IMG/VR virus record: IMGVR_UViG_3300031720_000002
Span: 2,667 to 66,666 of that record
DNA from: a virus
Direction: 5' to 3' (one strand)
DNA: 64,000 bases
Each line of letters starts with the position of its first letter. Position 1 is the stretch's first letter. Shown here in pieces: positions 8,362 through 18,400 of the stretch. Position numbers and translations under genes: made by a program. The notes below the pieces were generated by a model. That model searched no databases. It saw only the letters and a program-made list of their open reading frames with translations, and was not told the DNA's origin.

Positions 8362-8434
8362 GTTCCGGTAGCTCAAAGGCAGAGCATACGCTACGCGCGC
8401 CAGCATGATGTGGGTTCGAGTCCCACCCGGAGCA
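8362..8434 (+). ncRNA. tRNA-like RNA 1 (degenerate anticodon arm)
   Basis: Acceptor GTTCCGG/CCGGAGC, TA at 8-9, D arm GCTC-AAAGGCA-GAGC, T arm GTGGG-TTCGAGT-CCCAC; no canonical anticodon stem-loop; TATAAT at 8350-8355. Confidence 0.7.
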
Positions 8435-8459
8435 CCGATAAAAATCTTTGTGATTTTGT

Positions 8460-8488
8460 TGGCACTGGGTCATTGCTCCTGTTATTGT
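8460..8488 (+). promoter_or_regulatory. Early-type promoter (phage repeat family)
   Basis: TGGCAC-N17 (ending TCCTGT)-TATTGT. Confidence 0.55.
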
Positions 8489-8527
8489 TGTCATATCAGC
8501 ACGGAACGACAAATGACGGAGGATGCA

Positions 8528-8950
8528 GTGAGCCTTATTGGTAAGCGTGTCGAGTTCGATGTCGCAGCGTTTCCCAAGACCGCGAAGTACGCGGGCCAGG
8601 TCTGGCTCGTACAGCGGAAGTTGCAGGTGAACATCGAGATGCGTCGTGTTGACGCGAGTGGGAACACGTTCGGACCGCTAATGCGCACCCACCCGTCGAT
8701 GGTGCGTGAACTGACCGGCGACACTCCGGCCCCCGTCGTCACGACGACCACGTTCATCCCTCTCGAGTTCGGTTCCATCGTGCGAGTGAACGGCATCTCG
8801 AAGATCGACCCGAGCACGCTGTTCGTCGTCATCCAGGACAAGGGAGTCACCGCGAAGCTCGTCAAGCTCGGCGGCGACAGTGGTCGCTACTGGCCGAACA
8901 TCCCTCGCACCGCACTCACGCTCGTGGACGTGAAGGACATCCTCAAGTAA
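8528..8950 (+). CDS. Hypothetical protein (two small beta-barrel-like repeats)
   Basis: GGAGG RBS before GTG 8528; phage-like codon usage. Confidence 0.6.
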   Translation: MSLIGKRVEFDVAAFPKTAKYAGQVWLVQRKLQVNIEMRRVDASGNTFGPLMRTHPSMVRELTGDTPAPVVTTTTFIPLEFGSIVRVNGISKIDPSTLFVVIQDKGVTAKLVKLGGDSGRYWPNIPRTALTLVDVKDILK

Positions 8951-8979
8951 CACGCCCAGTGGGAGCGTATCCCACACAA

Positions 8980-9061
8980 TGCGAGATCGGCTACTTGGTG
9001 AAGCCGCCGGATGAGCCACCACAGCCATTCGGATACGATGGTTCGACTCCATCTCTCGCAG
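8980..9061 (+). ncRNA. tRNA-like RNA 2 (enlarged anticodon arm)
   Basis: Acceptor TGCGAGA/TCTCGCA, D arm GGCT-ACTTGGTGA-AGCC, stem CCGGA/TTCGG around a 16-nt loop, T arm GATGG-TTCGACT-CCATC. Confidence 0.75.
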
Positions 9062-9097
9062 CGCGCAACACAGCGCACGACGAAGGGACGAAAGATC

Positions 9098-10180
9098 ATG
9101 ACTCAGAGCGTCACGCTCGACGAGGGCGGGAAGAGCGTCCAGTTCACTGACCGTCAGGTTCCGTGGATGAAGCTGGGCAACATCACGGAGGGCGCGTTGA
9201 CCGCGCAGGAAGCGGCGCAGGCAGGTGGCCTGAACTTCACGGTCTCGCTGCACAACGTCCACTTCACCTGCACGGACGAGGACGAGCAGAAGCTAGACGC
9301 GGACTACGTGCGGACGGAGATCATCAAGATCATGGCGCAGCCCATCTTCGACGACGAGAAGACGAAGAAGCTGTGGGAACTGATGGCCTGCACGCGCAAG
9401 ATGACGAATCGCCGCATCGCCGTGCGGGACGACGACCTCACGCCTCTCTCCATCGTCTCCGACGGCTACCCGGTGTTGCAGTATCCGGAGGCGTTCGACT
9501 TCATGGACGGCGCGATCGCCAAGTTCACGAACGAGGGAGCGCGGTACGTCGCCGCGGGTGCCCTCAAGGGCGGCAAGCAGGGATTCATGGTCGTGCGACT
9601 CCCGGAGTCGCTGCAGATCAACGTGCTCGACGGCGGTGACCCGCACGAGATGTTCGCGGTCCTCCGCACGTCGATGGACCTCACTCGCGCGGTCGAGATC
9701 ATGATGATGCCGCTGCGCGGGCTGTGCATGAACCAGCTCACGCTGACGTCCTTCTCTGCCGGCGTGCCGAACCGCTGGGCGGTCCGTCACACCAGCACGA
9801 TGAAGGACAAGCTGATCGAGGCCCAGTCGTCGATGACCAAGATGGACGCGTACGTCAAGCGATACAACGAGATCGTCAAGCGACTGGCCGACATCAAGCT
9901 GAACGACGAGAAGGCCAAGCTGATCCTGGGCCGCGCGTTCGGTCGCATGCAGATGAAGGGCAAGGAGCAGCTGATCGACGCGCTGATCGAGAAGCGGAAG
10001 AACTCGCCTCTCGTCGGATTCGCCGGCACTGGGTGGGGTCTGGTCAACGCTGTGAGCGATCACTTCGACTGGCGGGCGGGCGGCACTCCCGAGTCGAAGT
10101 TCCTGAACGCGCTGCAGGGTCCCACGCACAAGTACATCAACCTGGTCACCACGCATATTCTCCGCACAATGGGCAACTGA
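9098..10180 (+). CDS. DUF932 family phage/plasmid protein
   Basis: PWMKLG...AAQAGGLNFTV, IVSDGYPVLQY, AGALKGGKQ, PLRGLCMNQL, VRHTS, GTGWGLVNAV. Confidence 0.85.
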   Translation: MTQSVTLDEGGKSVQFTDRQVPWMKLGNITEGALTAQEAAQAGGLNFTVSLHNVHFTCTDEDEQKLDADYVRTEIIKIMAQPIFDDEKTKKLWELMACTRKMTNRRIAVRDDDLTPLSIVSDGYPVLQYPEAFDFMDGAIAKFTNEGARYVAAGALKGGKQGFMVVRLPESLQINVLDGGDPHEMFAVLRTSMDLTRAVEIMMMPLRGLCMNQLTLTSFSAGVPNRWAVRHTSTMKDKLIEAQSSMTKMDAYVKRYNEIVKRLADIKLNDEKAKLILGRAFGRMQMKGKEQLIDALIEKRKNSPLVGFAGTGWGLVNAVSDHFDWRAGGTPESKFLNALQGPTHKYINLVTTHILRTMGN

Positions 10181-10190
10181 CATCAACGCA

Positions 10191-10220
10191 GTGGGAGGAC
10201 TTCTTCGGAGGTCCTCCCAT
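10191..10220 (+). terminator. Hairpin terminator
   Basis: GTGGGAGGACTTC-TTCG-GAGGTCCTCCCAT followed by TT. Confidence 0.7.
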
Positions 10221-10270
10221 TTCACTATATACACACCGCTTCCGATAGGATATATTGATCTCATCGATAA

Positions 10271-10471
10271 ATGACGGAGGATATGATGTACAGCTACGCT
10301 CTCGCGGTCGTCCTCGACACTTGCGACAACTGCCTCGCCACCACGCAGTTGATGGCGTCTCCCATCTGCATTAACACCCTGACCGGCGAGACTGAGTGCG
10401 AGGAGTGCGGAGAGTGTGGTCAGCTCGGACAGCATGAGCTGCTCGAGATCCTCATGAACTTGGAGGACTAG
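10271..10471 (+). CDS. Small Cys-rich (Zn-binding) protein
   Basis: CDNC and CEECGECG motifs; true start may be an internal Met after GGAGG. Confidence 0.5.
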   Translation: MTEDMMYSYALAVVLDTCDNCLATTQLMASPICINTLTGETECEECGECGQLGQHELLEILMNLED

Positions 10472-10761
10472 TGAAGATCGATGACCTCGGCGACATGCAG
10501 CGTCGGCTCGTACGCGAGCAACTCCTCGACGCCCAGTCGCGATGGCTCGACGAGGCAGCGAGCGAAGATTCTACCCCGACTCTTCGCGCCGTTGCGATGA
10601 TCATCGCCGATGCGTTCCGCACGGAAGCGGAACTGTACAAGAGCCGTGGCTTGGCGATGGGAGAGTTCAGCAGCTTCTTCAACGAGACGAGGGACCACAG
10701 TGACCACAGCGGATCAGCAGCCGCCGACGGCAGCGGAGCTGCAGAGATTCTACCGTCTTAA
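10471..10761 (+). CDS. Hypothetical protein
   Basis: GGAGG RBS; start overlaps the upstream stop. Confidence 0.5.
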   Translation: MKIDDLGDMQRRLVREQLLDAQSRWLDEAASEDSTPTLRAVAMIIADAFRTEAELYKSRGLAMGEFSSFFNETRDHSDHSGSAAADGSGAAEILPS

Positions 10762-11032
10762 GGCAGACGAGAGCGAGCGCCTTGCGACGCAGCGCAAGGA
10801 ACGCATCGCACTTGATGTTGAGCGTGATCTCAACATCAAGGCTCGCAGTAACCGTGCATTTTACGGCGAGCGTGACATCGACATCGAGCTCGACATCATG
10901 GTGGGAAAAGCCACCGCCAACGATCCCATCTGGAAGCGTCACGCTGCTGATCAGCAGTGGTTCATGACGAAGTCCATGATGTACGGGTCTGAGGCCCAGA
11001 CGCAATTGCTTGAGAAACTCCTCGAGCGGTAG
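10700..11032 (+). CDS. Hypothetical helical protein
   Basis: GAGGG before GTG 10700; fills the gap up to whiB. Confidence 0.5.
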   Translation: MTTADQQPPTAAELQRFYRLKADESERLATQRKERIALDVERDLNIKARSNRAFYGERDIDIELDIMVGKATANDPIWKRHAADQQWFMTKSMMYGSEAQTQLLEKLLER

Positions 11033-11396
11033 CGCAGTGGGCAAGCCGCCTTCCCCCGCGGCGCTGAAGATTCCCGCTCCTGACTGGTCACAGGCTGCAT
11101 GCTTCCGCGCGAAAGACCCCGACATTTTCTTTGACGATGACGCAGAGCAACGCGATCTCACCACACCGCAGGTTCACGCATACTGTAGCCGATGCCCAAT
11201 TCTCCAAGCGTGCCTCAACTGGGCTCTCGATTCGAATCAGAAGCACGGGATGTGGGGCGATACAACGCCACGCGCCCGGGACAAGCTCAAGCGTGTGGTG
11301 ACTCGCGTGAGCTGCCCGGGCTGCATGAGTCAGGACATCTTCGAGATGCCCGACGAGGAGATCTGCGTAAGCTGCGGACTCAGCTGGAAGATCTAG
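11010..11396 (+). CDS. whiB: WhiB-family transcription factor with C-terminal Zn ribbon
   Basis: WSQAAC...DPDIFF...YCSRCPILQAC...HGMWGDTT; extra CPGC and CVSC. Confidence 0.9.
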   Translation: MRNSSSGSAVGKPPSPAALKIPAPDWSQAACFRAKDPDIFFDDDAEQRDLTTPQVHAYCSRCPILQACLNWALDSNQKHGMWGDTTPRARDKLKRVVTRVSCPGCMSQDIFEMPDEEICVSCGLSWKI

Positions 11397-11402
11397 CCAC
11401 GC

Positions 11403-12473
11403 CTACTGGCGCTGGATGGCAAGGGCCTCTGACCAGGCCTCCATCCAGCGCCATGCGTGCTTTTCGATCGTCAGTTCACTTGCTGCGGCACGTCCAGCGG
11501 CCGAGCGTTCCAGTCGATAAGCCTCGTCCGTTACGAGTCTACGGACGAGTCTGTACCAGTCCTTGGGTCGCTCAGCGACGTCGCCGATTCCGTACTGCTT
11601 GTTGAGCTCGATGTACGCGGGACTTGGCGACACGACACTGGGCACACCGGCCGCCGCGTACTCCAGAGGCTTGAGCCACGACTTGGCTCGATTGAATGCG
11701 GATGAGGCGAGGGGCGCAAGTCCAACACCGAGCATTCCCAGTGCGGAGATCCAGTACTCGAGCTGGATTGGGCCAGTGGCCTCAAAATCCTCACGTCGCT
11801 GGAGGCGAAAAGCTTGACGTATTCCTGTGTCAGGTCCGATGACCCGGAACCGGTGACCCTCGCCCACCAGTCGGTTAACCGTGTTGCCCAGTGCCGGAAT
11901 GTCGTCAGCATGCGAGTGAATCCCTCCTCCCCATCCAAAGATGGGCGAGTCTTCGTGATCCACATCGAGCGCCTGTGAAGGCACGTAGTTGGGGATCTTC
12001 CGTGCGACATGTCCGTACTTCTTGGCGAGCGCATCCGTCGTAGTGACGACCATCGTTGCGCGACTGAACGCGTACTCTGCCCACTCCCACGAGTGATCAG
12101 CTGCCGGATGTCCTGGACGCTTCTTTGGGTGCAGCGCGAAGTACATGGGGTTCGTCATCGAGATGTTGTGGAGATCGTCGTCCACATCGATGACGACAGC
12201 AGTACCCTTCGCCGTGATGTACGGCACGATCTGCGCGACGTGTCTGTTCGTCACACGCTGCAGCACGATGACGTCGTACTGCTCGGGAAAGCGGATGTGT
12301 TCGCCCGTGAGGTTGCCCGTCGACTCATCCACCTCAGCGGAGAACATCGCGTGACGATCCATTGGGTTGATGATGTCGATGTCGTGGCCATCGAGTTGCA
12401 GCTGCATCGCCGGCCAGATGAGACGATAGTACCCACATCCGAAGATGTCAGCGGGAAAGACTCCGATCTTCAC
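11403..12473 (-). CDS. Glycosyltransferase (GT-B/GT4-like)
   Basis: GCGYYRL, DVDDDL, GLAPL...FNRAKSWLKPLEYAAAGVP. Confidence 0.88.
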   Translation of the reverse strand: MKIGVFPADIFGCGYYRLIWPAMQLQLDGHDIDIINPMDRHAMFSAEVDESTGNLTGEHIRFPEQYDVIVLQRVTNRHVAQIVPYITAKGTAVVIDVDDDLHNISMTNPMYFALHPKKRPGHPAADHSWEWAEYAFSRATMVVTTTDALAKKYGHVARKIPNYVPSQALDVDHEDSPIFGWGGGIHSHADDIPALGNTVNRLVGEGHRFRVIGPDTGIRQAFRLQRREDFEATGPIQLEYWISALGMLGVGLAPLASSAFNRAKSWLKPLEYAAAGVPSVVSPSPAYIELNKQYGIGDVAERPKDWYRLVRRLVTDEAYRLERSAAGRAAASELTIEKHAWRWMEAWSEALAIQRQ

Positions 12474-13063
12474 CAGCGATCCGGCCTTCCACTTGTGTTC
12501 CCACTGTCGTGATGCCAGTACCACGTCTTCGCGACCACGTGATGGATCTTTGCGCCTTTCTCGAGACACCCCAACGTAAAGGACCAATCTTCACCCCACC
12601 GCTGGCCGTCCACGAGCTCACCATTCTCCGTGAACGCCGCGAATCCCACTTCACGAGCGAGCTCTGTGCGAACCAGCGTTGTGACAGTCGTCTGGCGAGG
12701 GATCTCGTCACGCCAAGGTTCCAAGTAGTGACCGATGGGAAATGGGTCACAACCGGGAGGACTCGTCTCAAACCACGAGTACACGTAGTCCGCTTGATGC
12801 GCCACTGCCGCGTTATGTAGCGTATCCAAGTGAGTGGGCATGAACTCATCATCATCATCCAAGAACGCGACCCACTGGGTGTCGACCATCTCGAGTGCGC
12901 GCTGTCGTGTGGCTCCAGCACCCTGTTTAGCGGAGTCGATAGCGATTGCCAGACCTGCCGCCGGATGTGTCTGGAGGAGGACTGATGCCACCGCGCGCTG
13001 CAGTAGATGTGACCGGGGCGGGATGGTCGGGATCGCAACGGTGATCCCGGGCTTCAGAGCCAC
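12470..13063 (-). CDS. Glycosyltransferase (GT-A/GT2)
   Basis: TVAIPT, LQRAVASV, AFLDDDD, GEDW. Confidence 0.9.
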   Translation of the reverse strand: MALKPGITVAIPTIPPRSHLLQRAVASVLLQTHPAAGLAIAIDSAKQGAGATRQRALEMVDTQWVAFLDDDDEFMPTHLDTLHNAAVAHQADYVYSWFETSPPGCDPFPIGHYLEPWRDEIPRQTTVTTLVRTELAREVGFAAFTENGELVDGQRWGEDWSFTLGCLEKGAKIHHVVAKTWYWHHDSGNTSGRPDRW

Positions 13064-13623
13064 ATCGACCTCGCGATCCAGAACTGATACGTGTAGTAGG
13101 GCTGATTGAACGAATCCACCCAGGTGGGTCGCCAGTCTGTCTCGTGGAACATCTCAGAGATGCCCCACAGATCCCAGCCCCAGTAGTGTTCGTAGTTCTT
13201 CTCCGTGTCGAACTCGCCCAGTGGTGTGGTGACGCAGATCCACTTGAATCGCTCAGACGCAGCACGGAGGAAGTCCTCAGGATCGTCCAAGTGCTCGAGT
13301 GTCTCAGAGCAGATGAGGAGATCGCCACTCACCTTGCGCACGTTCTTCGCGATGTCACCAACGAAGTGAAGATGCTCAGCCGGGACGAGATCACCGAAGT
13401 GCCGTGTCTTCACGCCAGAGATCTCACGCAGGATTCGTCCATCACCACACGAAAGATCATACGCACGATCGATGTCACCGTGCAGTTTGAGGAACTCGTT
13501 GAGGCGAGTGATCGTCCAGTTCACACGGTTCGTATGCTCTTCCCATTGCGATGAATCATACGGCTTACTGTAGATCTCTCGCAGGGTTGCGGCGTCGTGC
13601 ACGTGACGCAGACGTTTGATCAC
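13054..13623 (-). CDS. Class I SAM-dependent methyltransferase
   Basis: YDLSCGDG, ICSETLEHLDDP. Confidence 0.85.
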   Translation of the reverse strand: MIKRLRHVHDAATLREIYSKPYDSSQWEEHTNRVNWTITRLNEFLKLHGDIDRAYDLSCGDGRILREISGVKTRHFGDLVPAEHLHFVGDIAKNVRKVSGDLLICSETLEHLDDPEDFLRAASERFKWICVTTPLGEFDTEKNYEHYWGWDLWGISEMFHETDWRPTWVDSFNQPYYTYQFWIARSMWL

Positions 13624-14243
13624 TTCGTGCCTGCCGGCACAGCGTGGATCACCTGGAACATGCCCGTCGTCTCGTGTCGCACGACGTTGAAACCCGCCTG
13701 CACCATGAGCGCGCGGTAGCCGTCCTGGTCCCACGCCCAGGCGTGACACTCGTCGTGCGATCCCGCGTGCTCAGTGAACGGCGATGAAGCGACGAGCTGC
13801 ACACCATCGCCACGATCACGGATCTTCTTGACGAAGCCATGAGGATCCGTGAGGTGTTCGAGGACCTCGGTCATCACGTACACGTCAGCATCACCAATGC
13901 CGTCAAACTCGTTGACGAAGTCGAGCCCGTATGCCTTGACGTTTCGCTCGTCCCAACCCTGCTTATTGCTCGGCTGGAAATCGAAGCCGTAAGCGTTCAC
14001 CCAGGGGAGACGACTGATGAGTGACAGGAGGCCACCATCGCCACAGCCCAGGTCGATGACAGTGCATGGCACAGTGACACGAGTCTCCACACGATCGACA
14101 GCCTCGCGCACGAAGTCCGCGGCGAGCTGGAGGCGACCCTGATGGATACCCTGCTCGAGGTGTGGTGCACGCTCACGGTGCTCATGGAACGCGTACGTCG
14201 AGACGTGCGCCACGTCGTCCACAAAGAGCTTGTACTCAGCCAC
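13620..14243 (-). CDS. Class I SAM-dependent methyltransferase
   Basis: VIDLGCGDGG, MTEVLEHLTDP. Confidence 0.88.
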   Translation of the reverse strand: MAEYKLFVDDVAHVSTYAFHEHRERAPHLEQGIHQGRLQLAADFVREAVDRVETRVTVPCTVIDLGCGDGGLLSLISRLPWVNAYGFDFQPSNKQGWDERNVKAYGLDFVNEFDGIGDADVYVMTEVLEHLTDPHGFVKKIRDRGDGVQLVASSPFTEHAGSHDECHAWAWDQDGYRALMVQAGFNVVRHETTGMFQVIHAVPAGTK

Positions 14244-14940
14244 AGATCAGTCCTCGCAACTTCTGCTTGTCGGCGGCCCACTGGTCGCCGTTCACGTAGG
14301 CATTGAACGCGGTCTCGTCAGCGACGTACTGCGACCCAGCGTTCACTTCGATGTAGCGATCATCCCACGCCGACTTGCCGGCGATGGGATGCATGTGCTC
14401 GATGATCGTACTCTGCAGGTAGTAGAGACGACCAAGTCCTTCGTGGCCCCACAACTTCCACGTGTTGTCGAGGTACATGTGCACGAGCCCAGGCGGCACC
14501 ATGTACCCAAGTGTCTTGATGATGTCCGCAGTCATGAAGACTGCCGTGGGAAGGTTTGGTCCCTGAATGAGATCGTTCCCGTAGACGATTGACGTGCCTT
14601 GTGACTTGACGACATCCTCGATCGTATGATCCCAGTGTGGCGTGCGTGGACGATGATCGTCGCCCATGAAACCGATGATGTCGTGTGACAACGTTCCTGC
14701 GCGCATGACGCGCGACATCGCCACCGCGTTCAGCGTGCCAGCGAGACGAAGACGTGGTCCGATGACCAACTGAAAGCGATCGTCATGCACGATGCTGAGG
14801 ATCGCTTTGTACTTCTGCAGCTCAGGGTCATCGTCATCCACAGCGACGAGAAGCGTCGCATTCGTGTCTGCGTCGTCCCACGCCTGCATGAGGTCGACGA
14901 TGTTATTGGGTCGACCTCGAGATGGCACAATAACCAGCAT
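14236..14940 (-). CDS. Glycosyltransferase (GT-A/GT2)
   Basis: VIVPSRGRP, VDDDDP, FMGDDH, HMYLDN, IEHMHP; leaderless after TATAAT (minus strand, 14948-14953). Confidence 0.88.
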   Translation of the reverse strand: MLVIVPSRGRPNNIVDLMQAWDDADTNATLLVAVDDDDPELQKYKAILSIVHDDRFQLVIGPRLRLAGTLNAVAMSRVMRAGTLSHDIIGFMGDDHRPRTPHWDHTIEDVVKSQGTSIVYGNDLIQGPNLPTAVFMTADIIKTLGYMVPPGLVHMYLDNTWKLWGHEGLGRLYYLQSTIIEHMHPIAGKSAWDDRYIEVNAGSQYVADETAFNAYVNGDQWAADKQKLRGLICG

Positions 14941-14961
14941 AGAGCTGATTATACCGGGAGA

Positions 14962-15492
14962 TCACGTAACACCGAAGGCGTAGGCCCACTGAGTCGCAGT
15001 GCCAACATCTGTGACGATGAGAGCGCGAGGACGCGTCGAAGCAGCGTCATGCGTCACGGTTCCGGCATTCGCAGTCAGCGTCAAGAGAAGGTCCATGACG
15101 ACGTCTGCGCCAGTCGCGTTCTTCACATAGAGGAAGCCGTTTGCCATCGTCTGCGAGCCATTCGCACCCGCATAGTATCGGTAGAGTGCACCGATCTGTG
15201 TGCCACCAGTGGTGTTCTTGAAGAGACCGAAGTCACCCAGTCGTCCAGTGGCATCGGCAAACATGCCGCCTACGATTTCAATGCGATACGCACGGCCAGT
15301 CTTGAACGTGCACGAAGGCAGCGTGAGGACCGCGGTGATCGTGCTGATCGCCGATGAACCCGCCAACTGCGACGCGACCTGTGGTCCTAGGATCACAGTA
15401 TCCCACAGTGTGTTCACCGCGTCAGTGATGGGCTTACCCCAGTTGTCCCAATCGAGCTTGGACCCCTTGGGTCCGATCTGCACAATGGGCAT
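14962..15492 (-). CDS. Minor tail protein
   Basis: Beta-rich Thr/Gly protein at the end of the tail operon. Confidence 0.6.
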   Translation of the reverse strand: MPIVQIGPKGSKLDWDNWGKPITDAVNTLWDTVILGPQVASQLAGSSAISTITAVLTLPSCTFKTGRAYRIEIVGGMFADATGRLGDFGLFKNTTGGTQIGALYRYYAGANGSQTMANGFLYVKNATGADVVMDLLLTLTANAGTVTHDAASTRPRALIVTDVGTATQWAYAFGVT

Positions 15493-18400
15493 TAGCCCCA
15501 CACCATCCCATCGTCCCAGAAATTCGTGTCCCAGACAGCGATGGCTGGCGCCTCGCGGACTGTGAGCGCCTGCGTGAACCCATCGTTCGTATTGAACAAA
15601 GGATTCTTCGTTGTGATGCGATACTGCCCATTGACACCCAGGCCATTCGGGTCGACGATCGTCGCCATGTCACCGAACTGCAACGTGGGATCACCCTTGA
15701 TCGTCAAGCCAGTGATCACTGGGTGAGGCTGGCAGAGATCACTCAAGAGCTTGAGCGCAACCGTCGCTGCAGAGTCTGATCGCTGAATCCACACAGATGC
15801 GGTGTCGCTCTGAAGTGGCTGCTCGCCAAACTCACGGATGGAGTCTGAGTCAGAGTACGCGACGGGTGCGAAGTTGCCCTGCAGTGGCGTGAAGTAAGAC
15901 CCCGTGATGTGAAGGTTCGGCTTGCCCGTGTTGTCTACGAGGTACGCAGCAGTGCCAGCGTTATTCGTCACAGTCACCGTGAAGTTGCCGGTGTTCGGTT
16001 CAGACACTGTGACGTTTATGAGAGACGTGAGGTTGTCGCCCGTTCCCGCGGGGTATTGATATGCAGTGTATGTCACGTTGGGACCCGAGTAGAGTGGTCC
16101 TTGAATCGTGAACGTGTACACAAGAGGCGAACCCGGTTTGACGAGTAGTGTGCCAGAAGCGGTGAAGAGATCCACGTTGATCGAGGCAGCGTATGGCGTG
16201 TACCCGACGTTCACAATGTTGCGCACTTGCAGGACGCCAGACTCGTACGAGATGTCACGTAGCGATCGCCTCGAGGTCAACTGTCGCTGCACAGTCTGCC
16301 CCGTCGCACTCACATCGGAACGACTCGTCCGATAGTGCGGGAAACCATCCTCGTCAAAGAAGAACGCTGCGAACTCTGCCGCTGCGATGTCACTCACGAT
16401 CTTGAACGAGTCATTGTTCGGATCGATGTATGGGATGACATCGAGAATGTTCTCGCTCTTATCGATGTACGCGCTTGGCGTGAAGTTCTCGTTCGCCCAT
16501 GCATCCGTGACTTGGATGCCGATTTGCGCGCCACTGAAGTCGTAACCACCGTCAAGCTGGAACTCAGCGCACTGCATGCCATCAACGAGCGTCAAGTTCG
16601 CAGACGGTAGGATGAACGAAATCGCTGCGTTCGACCACGTCGACATCGCCACAACAGTGTTCGTCGTATCGAGCCGGAACGTCACAGAGCCCGTGACAGA
16701 GTTGAAGTGTACACCCAAGAAGTGCCACGTCGCGTCTGCCGCGATCGTTGGTCCTGTGATCGTCCGCGACACGCCCGATGCCTCAACGCGGAAGCGAACG
16801 ACACCCGTCGCTAGGACTTCAACCCACGCTGTGTTGACATTGGGGAGGCCATTGTCCGGCAACTCCATCTTGAACGTGCTCGTTGCGTAGTTCCGCTTAA
16901 CCCAGCACTGCAAGCGACCCGCCAGTTGGCGGTTTGCCTGGTTCCACGCCTGATACGCCTGGAACGCCCACGAGATGTTCGTCTGCGACCCTGTGCCGTG
17001 GTTCTTCGTCGCGGCGACGAACGGTCCAACCTCAAACGCGCAGCGACGTCGCAGAGCTCGTCCTGAGAGGTCTGTGTATGCGTAGATGATGGAGCCTTGC
17101 AGAGCATGTGCAGAGCCGTGTAGAGGTGCCCAGACAGACACCGTACGATGCGCCAGCGGCGACGGGAAGAAGCCAAGGCCAGTCGTCGTCGGATACTGCG
17201 AATCGTACGTGAAGACGCCCGTGAAGTTCAGACGAGGACGATAGTACGCGAGGAAGAAGAGACGTGACACCATCCATGTTGACTCGAGACCAGGCATCGT
17301 CGGAAGACCCAGACCCGTGTACGAATCGAGACTCGTCGGATACTCTGCCGCGAGATCTGCGCCCCACCCAGTGTTTCGCATGATCTCGCGGTTATCCAAG
17401 GCTGTAATTACAGCCTGCCGATTACTCGAGGCAGACGGCGCAGTGGTAAGTCCAGTGAAGAGTGGAATGCTCTCGAAGCCATTGGCGGTGACGAATCGAA
17501 GCGCCCACTGTACACGTCGGCGGAGACGTGACTTTCCTGCATAGGGAGAGTTTGCGTTGAGTTCACTGAACGTCCACGCCGCGTGTTGCGTCTCGTCGCC
17601 TGCGAGCTTTGGCGCCAAGACGACAGCGAAGCCAATCGTCGCCACATCCTGGCCACCTGCGGATCCCGTGAAGGTGACACCCTTCTGATAGAGACCCTGT
17701 GATGCATTCGAATGCGTGAGAACAGCCATACGTGTCGCTGGCCGTGCGCTTGGCGTAATCGTCGTCTCGATCTGCTCAACGTCTCTCGAGTCCAGTGGCG
17801 AAAATGCGATACCCGAAACGGCGTATGACGCAGCACCAAAGAACGAGATGATCGTTGAGCCCGGCACGTCAACCTTCACCTGTGGGAGCACGATGCTCGT
17901 TGGCGACTGGGTGTTGTCCTCGCCCTTCTGCGTGAAGTCAGTGATGCCCATGAGGTTCTGCTCACCGACGTTTACTGCAGCAGAGATCCACGCGACTTGA
18001 CTGCCCAGTGGCAGCGTGATCGTGTAGTTGTCTGGCTCACTCACTGTGACGCGCCTCGAGAGGAGAAGTCCCTCGAGTCGAGTGGAGTTCGTCGTCCCAT
18101 CACCACGGATGGACATGTACGTCCATGAAACGTTCGCATCGAGAAGAGGCCGCCACGACGCCATCACACTGCCGATGCCTGGCGCTGGCGTGAAGATGGC
18201 GACGATGATAACGTCGCCCACTTTCGCGGTCGTTGGCTTCGCGATTGCCCACGTTGGAGTTGTGGTCGTCGCAAGCGCAGACGACGTCGTCAGTGACCGA
18301 TATGTCGCTGGCACTGTGTATCGCGCAGTGTTGCCGCGTCCAAGGTTCGCAGTGAGTTCAGCGACAGCGACACCGGGAACGGCGCGCACTTGGAGAGGGA

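Noticed and set aside
13054-14243. CmoA-like carboxy-SAM synthase to partner the GK-type MTase
   Set aside because: Both proteins have generic D(L)xCGDG and E.LEH motifs of small-molecule/sugar methyltransferases and sit inside the GT cassette; not excluded without a profile search
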